From Neisseria subflava (lineage in GTDB: Bacteria > Pseudomonadota > Gammaproteobacteria > Burkholderiales > Neisseriaceae), in the NCBI RefSeq assembly GCF_024205705.1, contig NZ_CP073115.1, positions 485,313 through 517,312 of the forward strand: a DNA stretch of 32,000 nucleotides, read 5' to 3'. Positions within the stretch are counted from its first letter, which is position 1, and each line of letters begins with the position of its first letter. Positions 1 through 11,954 of the stretch are shown here, one piece after another. The notes under the pieces were generated by a model. That model was not told the DNA's origin, made no database searches, and was given only the letters and a program-made list of their open reading frames with translations. A program made the position numbers and the translations under genes.

Positions 1-527
1 AGGATACTGATATTGGAAATACCGCCAATGTTGAGTACGGCGCGGGTTTCATTCGCATCTTGAAACAGCGCTTCGTGAAAGGCTGGAACGAGGGGTGCAC
101 CTTGGCCGTTGCAGGCAAGGTCGCGGCTGCGAAAGTCGCCGACAGTGAAAATGCCGGTCAGTTCAGCTAACAGGGAGAGGTTGACCAGTTGAATGCTGTA
201 ACCGTGTTCAGGCGCATGGCGGATGGTTTGTCCGTGGCAGCCGATCGCGGCAATGTCTTTGGCCGACAGGTTTTGTTCTGCCAATAGTTGTTGGACGGTT
301 TGGGCGTATAGGCGGCTGAGTGTTTGCGCCAGGATATTGCTTCTGTGCAATTCATTTTCGCCTATGTCTTGCAGTGCCAACAATTCTTGGCGCAGGCCGT
401 CTGAATAGGGTAGAAAGCTGTGGGCAACGGCTCGTTGCCATTGCTTGCCCTGCATTTGAATCAGTACGGCATCGGCACCGTCCATGCTGGTTCCTGACAT
501 GATGCCGATATAGTATTGGGGTTGCAT
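1..527 (-). CDS. anmK: Anhydro-N-acetylmuramic acid kinase, N-terminal ~175 codons (3' end beyond window edge)
   Basis: The minus-strand frame is open from the ATG at 525-527 to position 1. It is absent from the ORF track because no stop lies in the window. My translation starts MQPQYYIGIMSGTSMDGADAVLIQ and continues ...AAIGCHGQTIRH...GQGAPLVPAFH, with MSGTSxDGxD-type motifs typical of AnmK. Confidence 0.8.
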   Translation of the reverse strand, partial: MQPQYYIGIMSGTSMDGADAVLIQMQGKQWQRAVAHSFLPYSDGLRQELLALQDIGENELHRSNILAQTLSRLYAQTVQQLLAEQNLSAKDIAAIGCHGQTIRHAPEHGYSIQLVNLSLLAELTGIFTVGDFRSRDLACNGQGAPLVPAFHEALFQDANETRAVLNIGGISNISI

Positions 528-656
528 TTCGGTTACAGAAAGAGAAGGTAAAACGACATTTTAACGCCTTTTGACGTTTTTACGGGAATTTCGGCATTTA
601 ATGTAAATAGTTGGTGCAAGAAAGATTACAAAAAGGTTAAAATAACGCGACTCAAC

Positions 657-2255
657 ATGTTTTCCAAAAGGAAACTTTCCATGGCTCAAACTCAGTCGAG
701 TGCGAACTTGAAGCTGATTAATACGGTTTTTGCCGCTATGCTTGTGAGCATGGTCGGCTATTTTATTTATTGGGGTTTGGGTTATACCCACTACAACCAC
801 TCAGTCCTGTTTATCCTTGCTACCTTTTTCGGCGTCTTCATGGCGTTTAATGTGGGTGGTAATGATATTGCCAACTCTTTCGGTACAAGTGTCGGCTCCG
901 GCACATTGACCATTCCGCAAGCTTTGCTGATTGCGGCAGTATTTGAAGTCAGCGGCGCAGTGATTGCCGGCGGCGAGGTAACAGATACCATCCGTAAGGG
1001 TATTATCGATTTGAATGGCATGCATCTGGATCCGATGCAGTTTGTCTTTATTATGATGTCTGCGCTTTTGGCTGCGGCATTGTGGCTGCTTTTCGCATCA
1101 CGCAAAGGTCTGCCGGTTTCCACTACACATGCCATTATCGGCGGTATCGTCGGTAGTGCCTTGTGTATGGCGGCATTGAACGGTGTGGATTCCGTTGCGC
1201 TGATTCAATGGGACAAGTTGGGCGAAATTGCCTTGTCTTGGATTTTGTCTCCGGTATTGGGCGGTATCGTTTCCTATCTGTTGTTTTCACGAATTAAGAA
1301 AAACGTTTTGGACTACAACTCTTGGGCCGATAATACGCTCAAAGGCATCAAGCTGGAGAAGAAAGCCTATAAAGAAGAACACCGCCTGTTTTTTGAAGCC
1401 TTGAGTGAATCTGAAAAAGTCGAATACGCCACCAAAATGGCGCACGATGCCCAAATTTATGATGAGCCGGACTTTGATCCTGAAGAATTGCAGTCTGAGT
1501 ATTATCGCGGTCTGCACCGCTTTGACAGCCGTAAGGGCGAAGTAGATTCTTACAAAGCCCTGCACTCTTGGGTGCCGTTTATCGCTTCTGTCGGCGGCAT
1601 GATGATTGCGGCCATGTTGATTTTCAAAGGTCTGAAAAATCTGCATTTGGGCATGAGCAACGTCAACAGCTTCCTGACCATTTTCATGATCGGTGCGGCT
1701 ATTTGGATGGGTACGTTTGTATTTGCCAAAAGTTTAAAACGCAAAGATTTGGATAAATCGACTTTCCAAATGTTCTCATGGATGCAGGTATTTACCGCTT
1801 GCGGTTTCGCATTCAGCCATGGTGCGAACGATATTGCCAATGCGATTGGTCCGTTTGCCGCGATTATGGATGTGTTGCGTACCAACAGCATTACTGCCCA
1901 AAACGCCGTGCCGCCGATTGCCATGTTGACTTTCGGTATCGCTTTGATCGTCGGCTTATGGTTTGTCGGTAAAGAAGTGATTAAAACCGTAGGCACCAGC
2001 TTGGCAGAAATGCACCCCGCGTCAGGCTTCTCAGCAGAGCTTTCTGCCGCCGCCGTCGTGATGGCCGCATCATTTATGGGCTTGCCTGTTTCCAGTACCC
2101 ATATCTTGGTGGGTGCAGTTTTGGGTATCGGCTTGGTTAACCGCAATGCCAACTGGAAGTTGATGAAACCGATCGGCCTTGCTTGGGTTATTACCTTGCC
2201 TGCCGCTGCCGTTTTGTCTGTTGTCAGCTATTTGGTTTTACAAGCCGTGTTTTAA
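657..2255 (+). CDS. Inorganic phosphate transporter, PiT (PHO4) family
   Basis: 532-aa polytopic membrane ORF with a duplicated GxNDxANxxG motif (GGNDIANSFGTSVG near the N-terminus, HGANDIANAIGP in the second half) and a large central hydrophilic loop. An alternative start is the ATG at 681 (MAQTQ). Confidence 0.85.
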   Translation: MFSKRKLSMAQTQSSANLKLINTVFAAMLVSMVGYFIYWGLGYTHYNHSVLFILATFFGVFMAFNVGGNDIANSFGTSVGSGTLTIPQALLIAAVFEVSGAVIAGGEVTDTIRKGIIDLNGMHLDPMQFVFIMMSALLAAALWLLFASRKGLPVSTTHAIIGGIVGSALCMAALNGVDSVALIQWDKLGEIALSWILSPVLGGIVSYLLFSRIKKNVLDYNSWADNTLKGIKLEKKAYKEEHRLFFEALSESEKVEYATKMAHDAQIYDEPDFDPEELQSEYYRGLHRFDSRKGEVDSYKALHSWVPFIASVGGMMIAAMLIFKGLKNLHLGMSNVNSFLTIFMIGAAIWMGTFVFAKSLKRKDLDKSTFQMFSWMQVFTACGFAFSHGANDIANAIGPFAAIMDVLRTNSITAQNAVPPIAMLTFGIALIVGLWFVGKEVIKTVGTSLAEMHPASGFSAELSAAAVVMAASFMGLPVSSTHILVGAVLGIGLVNRNANWKLMKPIGLAWVITLPAAAVLSVVSYLVLQAVF

Positions 2256-2272
2256 TTGATTATTTTATTTCA

Positions 2273-2306
2273 AAAGGCCGTCTGAAAGATATTTCAGACG
2301 GCCTTT
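2273..2306 (+). terminator. Inverted DUS pair hairpin downstream of the PiT gene
   Basis: aaaggccgtctgaaa-gatat-tttcagacggccttt, a perfect stem 18 nt after the stop codon. Confidence 0.7.
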
Positions 2307-2389
2307 ACTTATGTTCATAAGAGGAGATTTTAGTTTGTTATGAACAGGCAAAGCTATTTTTAATCAGCCCACTATAAGGTTAAGACAGT

Positions 2390-2437
2390 AAAAAAGCCCC
2401 AATTCATCGACGTTAAAGATGTCGTATTGAATTGGGG
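2390..2437 (-). terminator. Rho-independent terminator of proQ
   Basis: 10-bp stem ccccaattca (2397-2406) / tgaattgggg (2428-2437). On the minus strand it is followed by a U6 run (A-run 2390-2395 on plus). Confidence 0.6.
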
Positions 2438-2479
2438 TCTCTATTTATTTAGTGCAAGCCTTATCAGGCCGTCTGAACA

Positions 2480-2917
2480 TTATTCGGCAGCTTTGTTGGT
2501 CTCCGCTTGTACAGGAGCCGCTTCTGTTTCAGCGGTAGCCTTAGCGGCTTGGCGTTCGGCTTGTGCAGCCAATGCCTGTTGAACGGCTGGGTGCTGTTGG
2601 GCGATGGTTTGTTCTTCTGCGCTGACTTCGCCTTTGAAGCGGTTGTTCAAGTCAAAACGTTTGCCGCCGCGAGCTAGGGCTTTCAGATAGCGCGGACGGC
2701 GGCAGTGGTTAGCCAGTACGCGTGCAATCAGTGCAGGGTCGTATTGGGGTAGGGCAGCAACCAAGTCTTGGTCGATGCCGACGGCTAACGGTTTGAATCG
2801 TTTGAATACATCATATTTGCCGTAAATGTGGTCGGCAATCATGTCTGTCTGTTTTTTCTTGCTCATGGTTTGGACGGCAGATTTCAGCGCAGCGCCCAAA
2901 GCGGTTTCTTGTGCCAT
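2480..2917 (-). CDS. proQ: ProQ/FinO-domain RNA chaperone (minimal Neisseria-type ProQ)
   Basis: 145-aa ORF. The segment KKKQTDMIADHIYGKYDVFKRFKPLAVGIDQDLVAALPQYDPALIARVLANHCRRPRYLKALARGGKRFDLN matches my memory of the meningococcal ProQ FinO domain. The C-terminal tail is Ala/Gln-rich. Confidence 0.8.
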   Translation of the reverse strand: MAQETALGAALKSAVQTMSKKKQTDMIADHIYGKYDVFKRFKPLAVGIDQDLVAALPQYDPALIARVLANHCRRPRYLKALARGGKRFDLNNRFKGEVSAEEQTIAQQHPAVQQALAAQAERQAAKATAETEAAPVQAETNKAAE

Positions 2918-3034
2918 TGCGGTTGTATTCCTCTAATATAAATCCGTATTTTCGTCATACGACAATAAGGTGCTATTGTAGTATAAAGACTGTGATTTGG
3001 CTAAATTTTTCTGAGAATATTCAGAAATAAACGG

Positions 3035-4135
3035 TTATTTTTCCAATTTGGCAATGTCCGGTGTATTAACCTGAACATCGGCATTTTGCGCACGATGGCG
3101 TAAGGCGTGATCGATCAAGACCAATGCCAGCATAGCTTCTGCAATCGGAGCGGCGCGTAATCCGACGCAGGGGTCGTGGCGGCCGTGTGTGGCAAGTTCG
3201 ACAGGGTTGCCTTCTATATCAATGCTGCGGCGCGGTGTGGTGATGGAACTGGTCGGTTTGATGGCAATATTCACATGAATGTTTTGTCCGGTGCTGATGC
3301 CGCCCAAGATGCCGCCTGAGTGGTTGGACAGGAAGCCTTGAGGCGTGAGCTCGTCGCCGTGCTCGCTGCCGCGTTGCGTTACGCTATCAAAACCTGCGCC
3401 GATTTCCACGCCTTTGACGGCGTTAATACCCATCATGGCATAGGCAATTTCTGCATCGAGGCGATCAAAAACCGGTTCGCCCAAGCCGACGGGGACGTTA
3501 GCCGCTTCGATATGAAGTTTTGAGCCGACAGAATCCAATGATTTGCGCACGCTGTCCATATAGTTTTCCAAGTCCTCAATTTGGCTTTGGTTGGCGGCAA
3601 AAAAAGGATTTTGGGAAATGTATTCGTAACCTTCAAACTGGATTTCTTTTTCGCCGACTTGGGTCACGTAGGCGGTAATTTCAGTACCGAATTTTTCTTT
3701 CAGCCATTTTTTAGCGACTGCTCCGGCAGCAACGCGGGCAGCGGTTTCGCGGGCGGAACTTCTACCGCCGCCGCGATAGTCGCGTGTACCGTATTTGTGC
3801 CAGTAGGTATAATCAGCATGTCCGGGACGAAAACTGGTGGCGATATTACCATAGTCTTTGCTACGTTGGTCGGTATTGCGGATCAGGAGGGCAATGGGTG
3901 TACCGGTGGTTTTGCCTTCGAATACGCCGGAGAGGATTTCGACTTGGTCGGTTTCGCGGCGTTGGGTAACGTGGCGGCTGGTGCCGGGTTTGCGGCGGTC
4001 AAGGTCAAATTGGATATCCGCTTCGCTCAATTCTAATCCGGGCGGGCAGCCGTCAATGATGCAGCCCAAGCCTGCGCCGTGGCTTTCGCCGAAAGTGGTA
4101 ACGGTAAAGATTTGTCCGAAGGTATTGCCTGCCAT
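3035..4135 (-). CDS. aroC: Chorismate synthase
   Basis: 366-aa ORF starting [20 protein letters not shown].. with [25 protein letters not shown] and GRHDPCV motifs characteristic of AroC. Confidence 0.95.
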   Translation of the reverse strand: MAGNTFGQIFTVTTFGESHGAGLGCIIDGCPPGLELSEADIQFDLDRRKPGTSRHVTQRRETDQVEILSGVFEGKTTGTPIALLIRNTDQRSKDYGNIATSFRPGHADYTYWHKYGTRDYRGGGRSSARETAARVAAGAVAKKWLKEKFGTEITAYVTQVGEKEIQFEGYEYISQNPFFAANQSQIEDLENYMDSVRKSLDSVGSKLHIEAANVPVGLGEPVFDRLDAEIAYAMMGINAVKGVEIGAGFDSVTQRGSEHGDELTPQGFLSNHSGGILGGISTGQNIHVNIAIKPTSSITTPRRSIDIEGNPVELATHGRHDPCVGLRAAPIAEAMLALVLIDHALRHRAQNADVQVNTPDIAKLEK

Positions 4136-4191
4136 AGGGATACTCTTTTGAAATTGGGTTTGGAAGTTTTTTGCTTATTTGGATAATTCTC

Positions 4192-4253
4192 AGGCCGTCT
4201 GAACAGATGTGAGAACGAAATCAAAGATTCTCGTTTCACCGTTCAGACGGCCT
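4192..4253 (-). terminator. Inverted DUS pair downstream of secA
   Basis: AGGCCGTCTGAA at 4192-4203 and its reverse complement at 4242-4253, between the secA stop (4268) and the aroC start (4135). Confidence 0.55.
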
Positions 4254-4267
4254 TTTGAGATGACTGC

Positions 4268-7021
4268 TTAGTTCAATTTACCGTGGCACTGTTTGTATTT
4301 CAGGCCGCTGCCGCAAGGGCAAGGATCGTTGCGGTGAACAATCAGGCCGTTTTGTGCAAGCGCTTCAGGGCTGAAGTCTGTGCCGTCCGGGTCGAACGCT
4401 TCGGTCACCAAATCGGTTTGCGATTGACCGAGCAATTCTTCCATATCAGGCGCATCGGAGTGGACGGTTTGAACATCGCTGACGCTTTGTGCGGCAGTGT
4501 GGTCGTATTCGCTGTTGCGCTCGATTTGAACGGCGGTCAGCAAAGCGGCAATGTTTTGTTTGATACCGCGCCACAGGTTTTCAAACATGGCGAAAGCTTC
4601 GCGTTTGTATTCCTGTTTTGGATTTTTCTGAGCATAGCTGCGCAGATGGATGCCTTGGCGTAGGTAGTCCATAGCAGCGAGGTGTTCGCGCCATTGGTTG
4701 TCGATAACTTGCAACATAACATTGCGTTCAAAGTCAGACATAGCCTGTTTGCCGACCAATTCGACTTTTTCAGCGTATTCGTCTTCGATGCGTTTGATGA
4801 GGCGTTCTTTAATGTCTTGGTTGTCCAAAGTGCTGTCTTCTTTCAGCCAGCCTTTAATATCGACATGGAGGCGGAAATCAGCGGCAAGTTGGTGCTCCAG
4901 TGCCGGAATGTCCCATTGCTCTTCCATGCTGTCAGGTGGGATGTGGTAATCAACCAAGTCGCTGACAACGTCGGCGCGGATTTCGCGGGTCAAATCGCTG
5001 ACGTCTTTGCTGGTCAGGATTTCGTTACGTTGATGGTAAATCACTTTACGTTGGTCATTGGCAACGTCATCGTATTCCAAAACTTGTTTACGCATATCGA
5101 AGTTGCGGCCTTCGACTTTACGTTGTGCGCCTTCGATTTGACGGGTCAGCAGGCCGTGTTCGATGGCAACGCCGCGCTCGGGTGCCAGGCGGTTGAGGAT
5201 GGCTGCGGCACGGTCGAGTGCAAACAGGCGCAACAATGGGTCTTCAAACGACAGATAGAAACGGCTGGAGCCGGGGTCGCCCTGACGGCCCGCGCGACCG
5301 CGCAATTGGTTGTCGATACGGCGGCTTTCATGGCGTTCTGTACCGATAATGTGCAAACCGCCTGCGGCCACAACTTGGTCGTGTTCGGCTTGCCAACCGC
5401 TTTCAAGGGCGGAAATTTGCGCTTGTTTTTGCTGTTCGCTCAAGGTTTCATCGGCACGGATGGCTTCGATTTGATGTTTGAGGTTGCCGCCCAAGACAAT
5501 ATCGGTACCGCGGCCTGCCATGTTAGTGGCAACGGTAATCGCGCCAACTTTACCGGCTTGGGCCACAATCAATGCCTCGCGCTCGTGTTCTTTGGCGTTC
5601 AGAACGTTATGCGGCAGACCTGCTTTATGTAATAAGTCAGAAACCAGTTCGGAGTTTTCGATGCTGGTGGTACCGACCAAAACCGGTTGGCCGTTTTTGT
5701 GGCATTCGGCAATGTCTTTGACAACGGCTTCAAATTTTTCTTCGGCTGAGCGGAAGATTTGGTCGTTGAAGTCTTTACGTTGTACCGGACGGTTGGTCGG
5801 GATGATGACGGTTTCGAGGTTGTAAATGCTTTGGAACTCGAAGGCTTCGGTGTCGGCCGTACCGGTCATGCCAGACAGTTTGCTGTACAGGCGGAAGTAG
5901 TTTTGGAAGGTAATAGATGCAAGCGTTTGGTTTTCGCGTTTGATTTCTACGCCTTCTTTGGCTTCAACGGCTTGGTGCAAGCCTTCGGACCAACGGCGGC
6001 CGGCCATCAGACGGCCTGTGAATTCGTCCACAATCACGATTTCACCGTCTTGAATGACGTAGTGTTGGTCTTTGTGGAACAGGGTGTGCGCACGTAATGC
6101 CGCCATGAGGTGGTGCATCAGGGAAATATTGGCGGCAGAGTAGAGCGAGTCGTTTTCCTGTAATAAGCCCATTTGGGTCAGGATTTGCTCGGCGTGTTCG
6201 TGACCGGCTTCGCTTAGTATAACTTGGTGTGCTTTTTCGTCCACCCAGTAATCGCCTTCGCCTTCTTCGGTTTCTTGGCGGATAAGGTGGGCCGGAACGG
6301 CATCCATCACGCGGTAGAGCTGGATGTTGTCATCTGCCTGGCCGGAAATAATCAGCGGCGTACGCGCTTCGTCGATCAGAATGGAGTCCACTTCGTCGAC
6401 AACGGCAAAGTTCAATTCGCGCTGAACTTTGTCGTATTGGTCGGTAACCATATTGTCGCGCAGGTAGTCGAAGCCGAATTCGTTGTTGGTACCGTAAGTA
6501 ATGTCGGCGCCGTAAGCGGTTTGGCGTTCGAAAGGTTGCAAATCGGCTATAATCACGCCGACGCTCAAGCCTAAGAAATTGTACAACGGCTCCATAATGC
6601 CTGCGTCACGGGAGGCGAGGTAGTCATTGACGGTAACGACGTGTACACCTTTTCCTGATAATGCATTCAGGTAAACGGCAAGGGTGGCCACCAATGTTTT
6701 ACCTTCACCGGTACGCATTTCGGCGATTTTGCCGTTGTGCAGGACCATACCGCCGATCAGTTGTACATCGAAGTGGCGCATGCCCAATACGCGGCGGGAT
6801 GCCTCGCGGCAGACGGCAAAGGCTTCAACCAAAATATCATCTAGCGTTTGTCCGTCAGCGAGGCGTTGTTTGAATTCGGCGGTTTTGGCCTGTAAATCTG
6901 CGTCGCTCAACGCTTTCATCTGTTCTTCGAGTGCATTGATTTTAGCAACGGATTTACGATATTGTTTCAGCAGGCGGTCGTTGCGGCTGCCGAAGATTTT
7001 CTTAGCAATGTTTGTCAGCAT
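4268..7021 (-). CDS. secA: Preprotein translocase ATPase SecA
   Basis: 917-aa ORF with [19 protein letters not shown].., the Walker A-type motif MRTGEGKTL, the DEAD-like motif [20 protein letters not shown], and the C-terminal zinc-finger tail [14 protein letters not shown]. Confidence 0.98.
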   Translation of the reverse strand: MLTNIAKKIFGSRNDRLLKQYRKSVAKINALEEQMKALSDADLQAKTAEFKQRLADGQTLDDILVEAFAVCREASRRVLGMRHFDVQLIGGMVLHNGKIAEMRTGEGKTLVATLAVYLNALSGKGVHVVTVNDYLASRDAGIMEPLYNFLGLSVGVIIADLQPFERQTAYGADITYGTNNEFGFDYLRDNMVTDQYDKVQRELNFAVVDEVDSILIDEARTPLIISGQADDNIQLYRVMDAVPAHLIRQETEEGEGDYWVDEKAHQVILSEAGHEHAEQILTQMGLLQENDSLYSAANISLMHHLMAALRAHTLFHKDQHYVIQDGEIVIVDEFTGRLMAGRRWSEGLHQAVEAKEGVEIKRENQTLASITFQNYFRLYSKLSGMTGTADTEAFEFQSIYNLETVIIPTNRPVQRKDFNDQIFRSAEEKFEAVVKDIAECHKNGQPVLVGTTSIENSELVSDLLHKAGLPHNVLNAKEHEREALIVAQAGKVGAITVATNMAGRGTDIVLGGNLKHQIEAIRADETLSEQQKQAQISALESGWQAEHDQVVAAGGLHIIGTERHESRRIDNQLRGRAGRQGDPGSSRFYLSFEDPLLRLFALDRAAAILNRLAPERGVAIEHGLLTRQIEGAQRKVEGRNFDMRKQVLEYDDVANDQRKVIYHQRNEILTSKDVSDLTREIRADVVSDLVDYHIPPDSMEEQWDIPALEHQLAADFRLHVDIKGWLKEDSTLDNQDIKERLIKRIEDEYAEKVELVGKQAMSDFERNVMLQVIDNQWREHLAAMDYLRQGIHLRSYAQKNPKQEYKREAFAMFENLWRGIKQNIAALLTAVQIERNSEYDHTAAQSVSDVQTVHSDAPDMEELLGQSQTDLVTEAFDPDGTDFSPEALAQNGLIVHRNDPCPCGSGLKYKQCHGKLN

Positions 7022-7174
7022 GAATAATTCCTGCGCCTTGATATAATAGTGGGCGAAATTGGGATTTTAACACAAGCGCTTGTATAACGCGGTAATGCTG
7101 TTTGAAATAAAGGCGGTTTTGCTGTATTTCAATTGTAATTGTTTGGTTAATTTACTGAGAGGCCGTCTGAAACT

Positions 7175-7597
7175 ATGGATTTAGCACAATTAGGCAAGCG
7201 CGATCATTTACTGGCGGGCTTGTTGCAACAATCGCAACAATGGCGGAAATTGGATGCAAAAGTCAAAACGGTTTTGCCGGCCAACCTGCATCCGCATTTT
7301 CAGACGGCCTGCGTAGAAGACGGAAGATTGGTTTTGCTTGCTGCCAACAATATGGCTGCTTCGCGTTTAAAAATGATCCTGCCTGCCATATTGCCTAAGT
7401 TGCAAGCATTGCATGACGGAATACGCGAAGTGGCGGTCAGGGTGGTCCCAAAACCGCCTCCTCAGCCGAAAACCAACAGCTTGCGATTGAGCGAGGCTGC
7501 TTTGGACAGCTTCGATGCAGCTGCGGCCAAATTGGAAGGTAAGCATCCCGAATTGGCAGCGGCATTGGCAGAATTGGTACGCAAGCACAGCCGCTAA
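7175..7597 (+). CDS. DUF721 (DciA-like) protein
   Basis: 140-aa ORF divergent from secA. Its size, position next to secA and the pattern ..HCQTACVEDGRLVLLAANNMAASRLK.. resemble DUF721 proteins. The call is from memory of the family, not a search. Confidence 0.45.
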   Translation: MDLAQLGKRDHLLAGLLQQSQQWRKLDAKVKTVLPANLHPHFQTACVEDGRLVLLAANNMAASRLKMILPAILPKLQALHDGIREVAVRVVPKPPPQPKTNSLRLSEAALDSFDAAAAKLEGKHPELAAALAELVRKHSR

Positions 7598-7888
7598 AAT
7601 CATGCTGAATGGGATTATGGTTAATAAATGTTAAAATTTATTTCATTTGACTGATAGCATCTAATACTAAAGAAATACGACCTAAACAGTAACTGTTTTC
7701 TTTTAGGTAAACTGATGTAAACTTGGCCTGAAATTTTGATTTCGTGTGAAGTTTGTAGCAAAATAACGCCTGAATTTCTTATCACTCTGCGTGAATAAGT
7801 TTAAGTTTGACATTTGCCTTTGTTAATATATTCGCGCGGGTTCTATTAATAGAATTTAACAAGACTCTCATCATTAGGAGATACATCA

Positions 7889-8467
7889 ATGAAAGCTTAT
7901 CTGGCTCTGATTTCCGCTGCCGTTATCGGCTTGGCTGCATGCTCTCAAGAAGCTGCAAAACCTGCTGAAGCACCTGCTGCTTCCGCTGCTTCTGAAGCTG
8001 CTCCTGCAGAAACTACTGCACCTGCCGATGCCGCTCCTGCCTCTGAAGCTGCTCCAGCCGATGCTGCCGCCGCTCCTGCTGCCGGCAACTGCGCAACTAC
8101 TGTTGAAGCCAACGACGCTATGCAGTTCAACACTAAAGAAATCCAAGTAAGCAAAGCTTGTAAAGAATTCACCATCACTTTGAAACACACCGGTACCCAA
8201 CCTAAAGAAAGCATGGGTCACAACATCGTCGTCGGTAAAGCCGAAGACATGGACGGTATTTTCAAAGACGGTGCCGGTGCTGCTGCAACTGACTACGTTA
8301 AACCTGACGACGCACGCGTTGTTGCTCACACCAAACTGGTTGGCGGCGGCGAAGAAGCTTCCCTGACTCTGGATCCTGCTAAATTGGCTGGCGGCGAATA
8401 CAAATTCGCTTGTACCTTCCCAGGTCACGGCGCTTTGATGAACGGTAAAGTTACTTTGGTTGACTAA
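7889..8467 (+). CDS. laz: Lipid-modified azurin (H.8 antigen domain fused to azurin)
   Basis: Contains a lipoprotein signal with lipobox (LAAC), then an Ala/Pro/Glu-rich imperfect pentapeptide region, then an azurin domain with the copper ligands in GHN..., [10 protein letters not shown]. The SD aggag lies 8 nt upstream. Confidence 0.95.
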   Translation: MKAYLALISAAVIGLAACSQEAAKPAEAPAASAASEAAPAETTAPADAAPASEAAPADAAAAPAAGNCATTVEANDAMQFNTKEIQVSKACKEFTITLKHTGTQPKESMGHNIVVGKAEDMDGIFKDGAGAAATDYVKPDDARVVAHTKLVGGGEEASLTLDPAKLAGGEYKFACTFPGHGALMNGKVTLVD

Positions 8468-8490
8468 TCCGTCTAAAGCTCGAAAACAGA

Positions 8491-8515
8491 CAGCCTGCCT
8501 TGCGCAGGCTGTTTT
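8491..8515 (+). terminator. Rho-independent terminator of laz
   Basis: cagcctgc-cttgc-gcaggctg followed by tttt. Confidence 0.7.
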
Positions 8516-8559
8516 GTTATAATCTGGAAACATTAATTTAAGAATAAAACCTCAAAACC

Positions 8560-9069
8560 ATGAATCCGTTTGAAACCAAAAGCGTTACTTTTGCCGAACC
8601 CATTGAAATGCTGTACGCCTGTCATGGCAAAGTGCGCCGTTTCTGCAGCCAGGTTGCCATGTTGTCGGACTATATTGCCGAAAACGGCTGCAATCAAATC
8701 GTTTTGCAAACCATCCGCCAGATTGCCCAATATTTTAATGTTGCCGCGCCATTACACCATGAAGATGAAGAAGAAAATTTCTTCCCGCTTCTATTGCAAT
8801 ATGCGCCGCAAGCTCAAGAAAGCGTTGACGAGCTTTTGCGCCAACATATCAGCCTGCACAACAACTGGGACGGCGTAGCGGCTGAATTTGCCAAGCTTGA
8901 AGCGGACAACGCCTATGTCCCCGATGCGGAAACGTTCAAACGCTTTGTCGCAGGATATGATGTTCATCTGGCGATTGAAGAGCCGCTGTTTGATATGGGC
9001 AAAACCTTTATCCCCAAAGAAAAACTGACCGAAATCGGCGAAATTATGGCCGCACGCCGCCGCAAATAA
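8560..9069 (+). CDS. Hemerythrin-like (HHE cation-binding) domain protein
   Basis: 169-aa ORF. The pattern [16 protein letters not shown] ... [16 protein letters not shown] ... LRQHISLH has His/Glu spacing typical of hemerythrin HHE domains. Confidence 0.5.
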   Translation: MNPFETKSVTFAEPIEMLYACHGKVRRFCSQVAMLSDYIAENGCNQIVLQTIRQIAQYFNVAAPLHHEDEEENFFPLLLQYAPQAQESVDELLRQHISLHNNWDGVAAEFAKLEADNAYVPDAETFKRFVAGYDVHLAIEEPLFDMGKTFIPKEKLTEIGEIMAARRRK

Positions 9070-9103
9070 GGCCGTCTGAAACAATCGTCTCAAGGAATAC
9101 ACT

Positions 9104-9724
9104 ATGCTGACCCCAAAAAGTTGCGATTTGTTCAATATCCCTTTTTTCCAGTTTTCCCAGCTTAAAAAATACCAGCCTGAAAGCATTCCGCAAATCAAGG
9201 CAGACTATAAAGAAAACTGGCAGGTATGGCAGCAGCTGATTCAGCAGGTTGCCGCTGAATTGGGTGCACCGTTCGCGCCGCCGCATATCGAACGCTGGTG
9301 TAACGGCTGGCAGGTACGCGCTCATTTCTTTGCCTATTTCAAATACGAACAATATAAAAATTCCGCAGCCATTTTATCGATTTTGCTGAATCGCCGCCGT
9401 TTGAGCGTCAGCTTGGACTGGCATTGCTATAAAGCAGATGTTTCTCCCATTGCGCTGCCTGATTACAACCGCTGGCTGGATAATTTTGATACTGAAAAAT
9501 ACGCTTCCTTCGATATGTGGCACGGCGCGGAAAGCGAATATGACGATTATCGTACCGTCGCCCAACAAAGCGACGGCGATAGAAAGCTTCGAGACGACAA
9601 AGATTTCTTCTGTATCGGGAAACACATCGAGCGTGATGATTTGGGTAAGCAGGATGTCGCGAAATGGATAGCGGAAACAGTGGAAGACTTACTGCCGCTG
9701 TATGAAGCTTGTCATGGAAAATAA
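9104..9724 (+). CDS. Hypothetical protein (conserved-looking, function unknown)
   Basis: 206-aa ORF with an ATG start, 34 nt after the upstream gene. I recognise no motif. Confidence 0.5.
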   Translation: MLTPKSCDLFNIPFFQFSQLKKYQPESIPQIKADYKENWQVWQQLIQQVAAELGAPFAPPHIERWCNGWQVRAHFFAYFKYEQYKNSAAILSILLNRRRLSVSLDWHCYKADVSPIALPDYNRWLDNFDTEKYASFDMWHGAESEYDDYRTVAQQSDGDRKLRDDKDFFCIGKHIERDDLGKQDVAKWIAETVEDLLPLYEACHGK

Positions 9725-9774
9725 CTCAGAATGCCGAAAGGCAGACTGCCTATTCAGTATCTTCAAATAAATCA

Positions 9775-9815
9775 AGGCCGTCTGAAAATTATCTTCAGAA
9801 CGTTTCAGACGGCCT
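9775..9815 (+). terminator. Inverted DUS pair hairpin
   Basis: AGGCCGTCTGAA at 9775-9786 and its reverse complement at 9804-9815. Confidence 0.6.
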
Positions 9816-9829
9816 GTTTCTCAAAGTGA

Positions 9830-10969
<1,140 letters not shown>

Positions 10970-11064
10970 AAAGGCCGTATAGGCTTTGAAAAACGATAGG
11001 GCGATATGATTCTTTTGCTCTTTTTGTTTTCGTTTAAGTTATCGATAATTGGACAAGGCAAAAT

Positions 11065-11820
11065 ATGATTACTCTGCCTTCTTTAAACGACCTTCCATCA
11101 AGGTGGAATGAAATCCGAGAGCAATTGGAAACTGACTTTCCCGCTACTCTCGAAGCCTTGCTGCACGAGTGTCTTACTGAACACGAAGCCAAGCAGTTCG
11201 AGCAGGATTTTATTGACTGTATTGGTTGTGCGCCTGAAGAATATGTCCGTATCCGCCGAGCTATCCGACTGTTGGAAACGCGTTATCCTGATAGCCCGAA
11301 CGAACTGACTGCGGCTACGGTTGCCACGCCGTTGGGCGAGATGTTGGCGGTGTTCGGCAGCAAGGGTTTGTGTCTGCTGGAATTTGTCGGGCAAAAACAT
11401 ATGGAACAGGAAATAATGGCTGTCCAAAAAGCTTTGCGCGGGCAGTTTATTTTCCAAGAAAATGAGCAAACGCAACTTTTGCGCCAAGAATTGGATTTAT
11501 ACTTTCAAGGCCGTCTGAAAGTTTTTGCGACGCATTTGGAAACGATAGGCACGGCCTTTCAGCAGCGGGTGTGGAAGGCACTGCTGACCATTCCTTACGG
11601 CGAAACGCGCAGCTACAAGGAGCAGGCGCAACAGTTGGGTAATCCCAAAGCCATTCGCGCCGTTGCCGCTGCAAACGGGCAGAACAAGGTGTCTATCCTG
11701 ATTCCCTGCCACCGCGTTATCGGCAGCGACGGCAAGCTGACCGGCTACGCAGGTGGTTTGAACCGCAAACAATCGTTGCTTGCCTTGGAGCGAGGCGAGG
11801 TTCAGACGGCCTTGTTTTGA
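11065..11820 (+). CDS. ogt: Methylated-DNA--protein-cysteine methyltransferase with N-terminal extension
   Basis: The C-terminal domain carries the active-site motif IPCHRVI plus ..YGETRSYKEQA..NPKAIRAVAAANGQN... The N-terminal ~80 aa resemble a partial AraC/Ada-type HTH. Confidence 0.85.
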   Translation: MITLPSLNDLPSRWNEIREQLETDFPATLEALLHECLTEHEAKQFEQDFIDCIGCAPEEYVRIRRAIRLLETRYPDSPNELTAATVATPLGEMLAVFGSKGLCLLEFVGQKHMEQEIMAVQKALRGQFIFQENEQTQLLRQELDLYFQGRLKVFATHLETIGTAFQQRVWKALLTIPYGETRSYKEQAQQLGNPKAIRAVAAANGQNKVSILIPCHRVIGSDGKLTGYAGGLNRKQSLLALERGEVQTALF

Positions 11821-11954
11821 GAGGATAAGAGGCTGCATTAGGGGCAGGCTTCGCACGCTGAAAAATTGAGTAGCAGAAGGTCGGTGGAAGCCCGACGAAA
11901 TCTGCATGGAGAAAAATGTTGGGCAACGCCCACGCTAGAAAAGAGAAATACGAC

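Noticed and set aside
4682-5632. 316-aa plus-strand ORF, with several others (4283-4663, 5759-6097, 6224-6574, 6684-7046), lying inside secA.
   Set aside because: They are antisense shadows of a very well supported 917-aa SecA gene. Their translations are low-complexity (F/V/A/G-rich) with no motifs.
7886-8533. 215-aa minus-strand ORF antisense to laz. Similar long antisense ORFs occur in rmpM (28043-28768), argF (12240-12911), PiT (1550-2152) and aroC (3581-4036).
   Set aside because: They sit opposite genes with strong motif support. These open antisense frames are the usual by-product of biased codon usage, and they have no start context or recognisable domains.
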